The notes beneath the pieces are model-generated. The model was not told where the DNA came from. It ran no database searches and saw only the letters and a program-made list of their open reading frames with translations. DNA of 58,676 bases. It comes from Bacteroidota bacterium. Lineage in GTDB: Bacteria > Bacteroidota > Ignavibacteria > UBA10030 > SZUA-254. Numbering within the stretch: position 1 is the first letter of the stretch; each line of letters opens with the position of its first letter. Where the stretch lies: positions 1 to 58,676 of the forward strand of contig JASEHD010000003.1 of NCBI GenBank assembly GCA_030019075.1, in the 5' to 3' direction. A program made the translations under genes and the position numbers. Positions 58,008 through 58,676 of this stretch are shown piece after piece.

Positions 58008-58272
58008 AAACCGCATTGTCAGCCAATTCCATGAAAATTAAATTTCATGGTGAATAAGTCAGACATATTAAAGAATCTGACAAGTTATATTTAAAGGGAA
58101 CTTGACTTGTGGACGTCGATTACAGGCCTCGCCCATTTTAAATGGGATTTGTATCTTATGTGAATCACATAAGTAACCACAAGCAGTGGAAGTAAAAAAT
58201 GTCCAGGCAAGTACCCACTGTGTATGATTGAGATTCTTAAATACACGACTATAAGGCTGGATGCGGTTTTTA
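58008..58272 (+). ncRNA. Structured ncRNA candidate, 6S RNA (ssrS)-like by architecture and zapA-adjacent position
   Basis: The 369-nt non-coding gap has several hand-found elements. A closing helix joins AAAACCGCAT..AGCC (58008-58025) to GGCT..ATGCGGTTTT (58256-58271), followed by a T-run. A 12-bp helix joins 58068-58079 to 58232-58243. A large 17x14-nt internal loop separates it from a 9-bp helix joining 58097-58105 to 58209-58217. The apical hairpin CCCATT/AATGGG lies exactly mid-molecule at 58133-58147. An upstream TTGACA is at 57965-57970. The fold was not computed. Confidence 0.45.
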
Positions 58273-58318
58273 TTTTAAATACAATGGAAAAGGAAAAATT
58301 ATACTTATGGAGGAAAAA

Positions 58319-58676
58319 TGGATATTGGAATGAATTTAATATTATTATATATAATTATCGCTAGTGGAATATCGTTTGCCATCGGATGGTACATAAATAA
58401 CCACATTGGTAAAAATAAAATTGTTAATGCTGAAGAACGTGCAAAAAAAATTATCGAGGATGCAGAGAAGGAATCAAACAACATTAAAAAAGAAAAACTT
58501 CTCGAAGTAAAAGATGAATGGTATCGGAAAAAGCAAGAGTTCGAGCAGGATGCTAACGCAAAACGTAATAAACTTCAAGTATTCGAGAAACAGCTAACAA
58601 GCCGTGAAGAAAATCTTGACCGAAAAGTAGAATTAGTTAATAAAAAAGAAAAAGATATAGTCAATCATAAACGACT
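58319..58676 (+). CDS. rny: Ribonuclease Y, N-terminal 119 codons (continues beyond the window end)
   Basis: GGAGGA ribosome-binding site at 58309-58314. My translation MDIGMNLILLYIIIASGISFAIGWYINNHIGKNKIVNAEERAKKIIEDAEKE...KKQEFEQDANAKRNKLQ shows the N-terminal membrane anchor plus coiled coil typical of RNase Y. Not in the ORF track because it is open at the window edge. Confidence 0.8.

Noticed and set aside
58008-58272. tmRNA, RNase P RNA or SRP RNA as the identity of the zapA-rny structured RNA.
   Set aside because: It has no tRNA-like GGGG...T-arm...CCA ends and no tag ORF, so it is not tmRNA. It is far shorter than RNase P RNA and lacks a GAGGAAAGUCC-type motif. It has no SRP domain IV GGAA/AGCA symmetric-loop hairpin. 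A 6S-like RNA or a novel RNA remains the best guess.

Overview
This 58.7-kb window looks like a chromosomal segment of a low-GC, Shine-Dalgarno-using, Gram-negative bacterium. The protein content suggests the FCB group (Ignavibacteria or Bacteroidota-like), but that is only an impression and cannot be verified here. All genes except two (aroB fragment, comM) are on the + strand. Most of the content is housekeeping:
- pyrK-pyrD, folC and rho
- a thiolase / 3-hydroxyacyl-CoA dehydrogenase / acyl-CoA dehydrogenase trio
- asnS, nnr, tgt-yajC, ribBA and greA
- the conserved thrS-infC-rpmI-rplT-pheS-pheT block
- zapA and the 5' end of rny
- several small signal-peptide beta-barrel outer-membrane proteins, and an OmpA protein with thrombospondin-type-3 repeats

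Five parts are not ordinary:
1. A four-tRNA cluster (Gly-Cys-Leu-Val) holds two diverged mini GIY-YIG ORFs. Each is bracketed by duplicated tRNA-gene fragments fused to hairpin modules. In both cases the junction falls in the D-stem-coding positions (nt 11-13), which looks like the footprint of a tRNA-gene-targeting mini element.
2. A detached nuoJKLM...nuoN membrane-arm operon has an 11-ORF block nested between nuoM and nuoN: ten recognisable Mrp/Mbh-style antiporter genes (E-F-G, split B, C, three D-like) plus one small unassigned membrane ORF.
3. A two-gene restriction-modification-like cassette sits between asnS and an ABC transporter: a 379-aa protein of unknown function joined by an ATGA overlap to a phage-Dam-type N6-adenine methyltransferase.
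4. A 2002-aa soluble PAS/GAF histidine kinase has a degenerate KaiC/RecA-like N-terminal domain. It is followed by a REC protein with a His-less DHp-like tail and an internally duplicated membrane protein.
5. A roughly 265-nt structured RNA candidate with 6S-like architecture lies directly downstream of zapA.

Smaller items are an internally deleted CYTH gene, a probable non-AUG infC start, and short tandem motif arrays in the nuoK-nuoL and nuoL-nuoM spacers. All folds, identities and domain calls were made by eye. No searches or computations were run.
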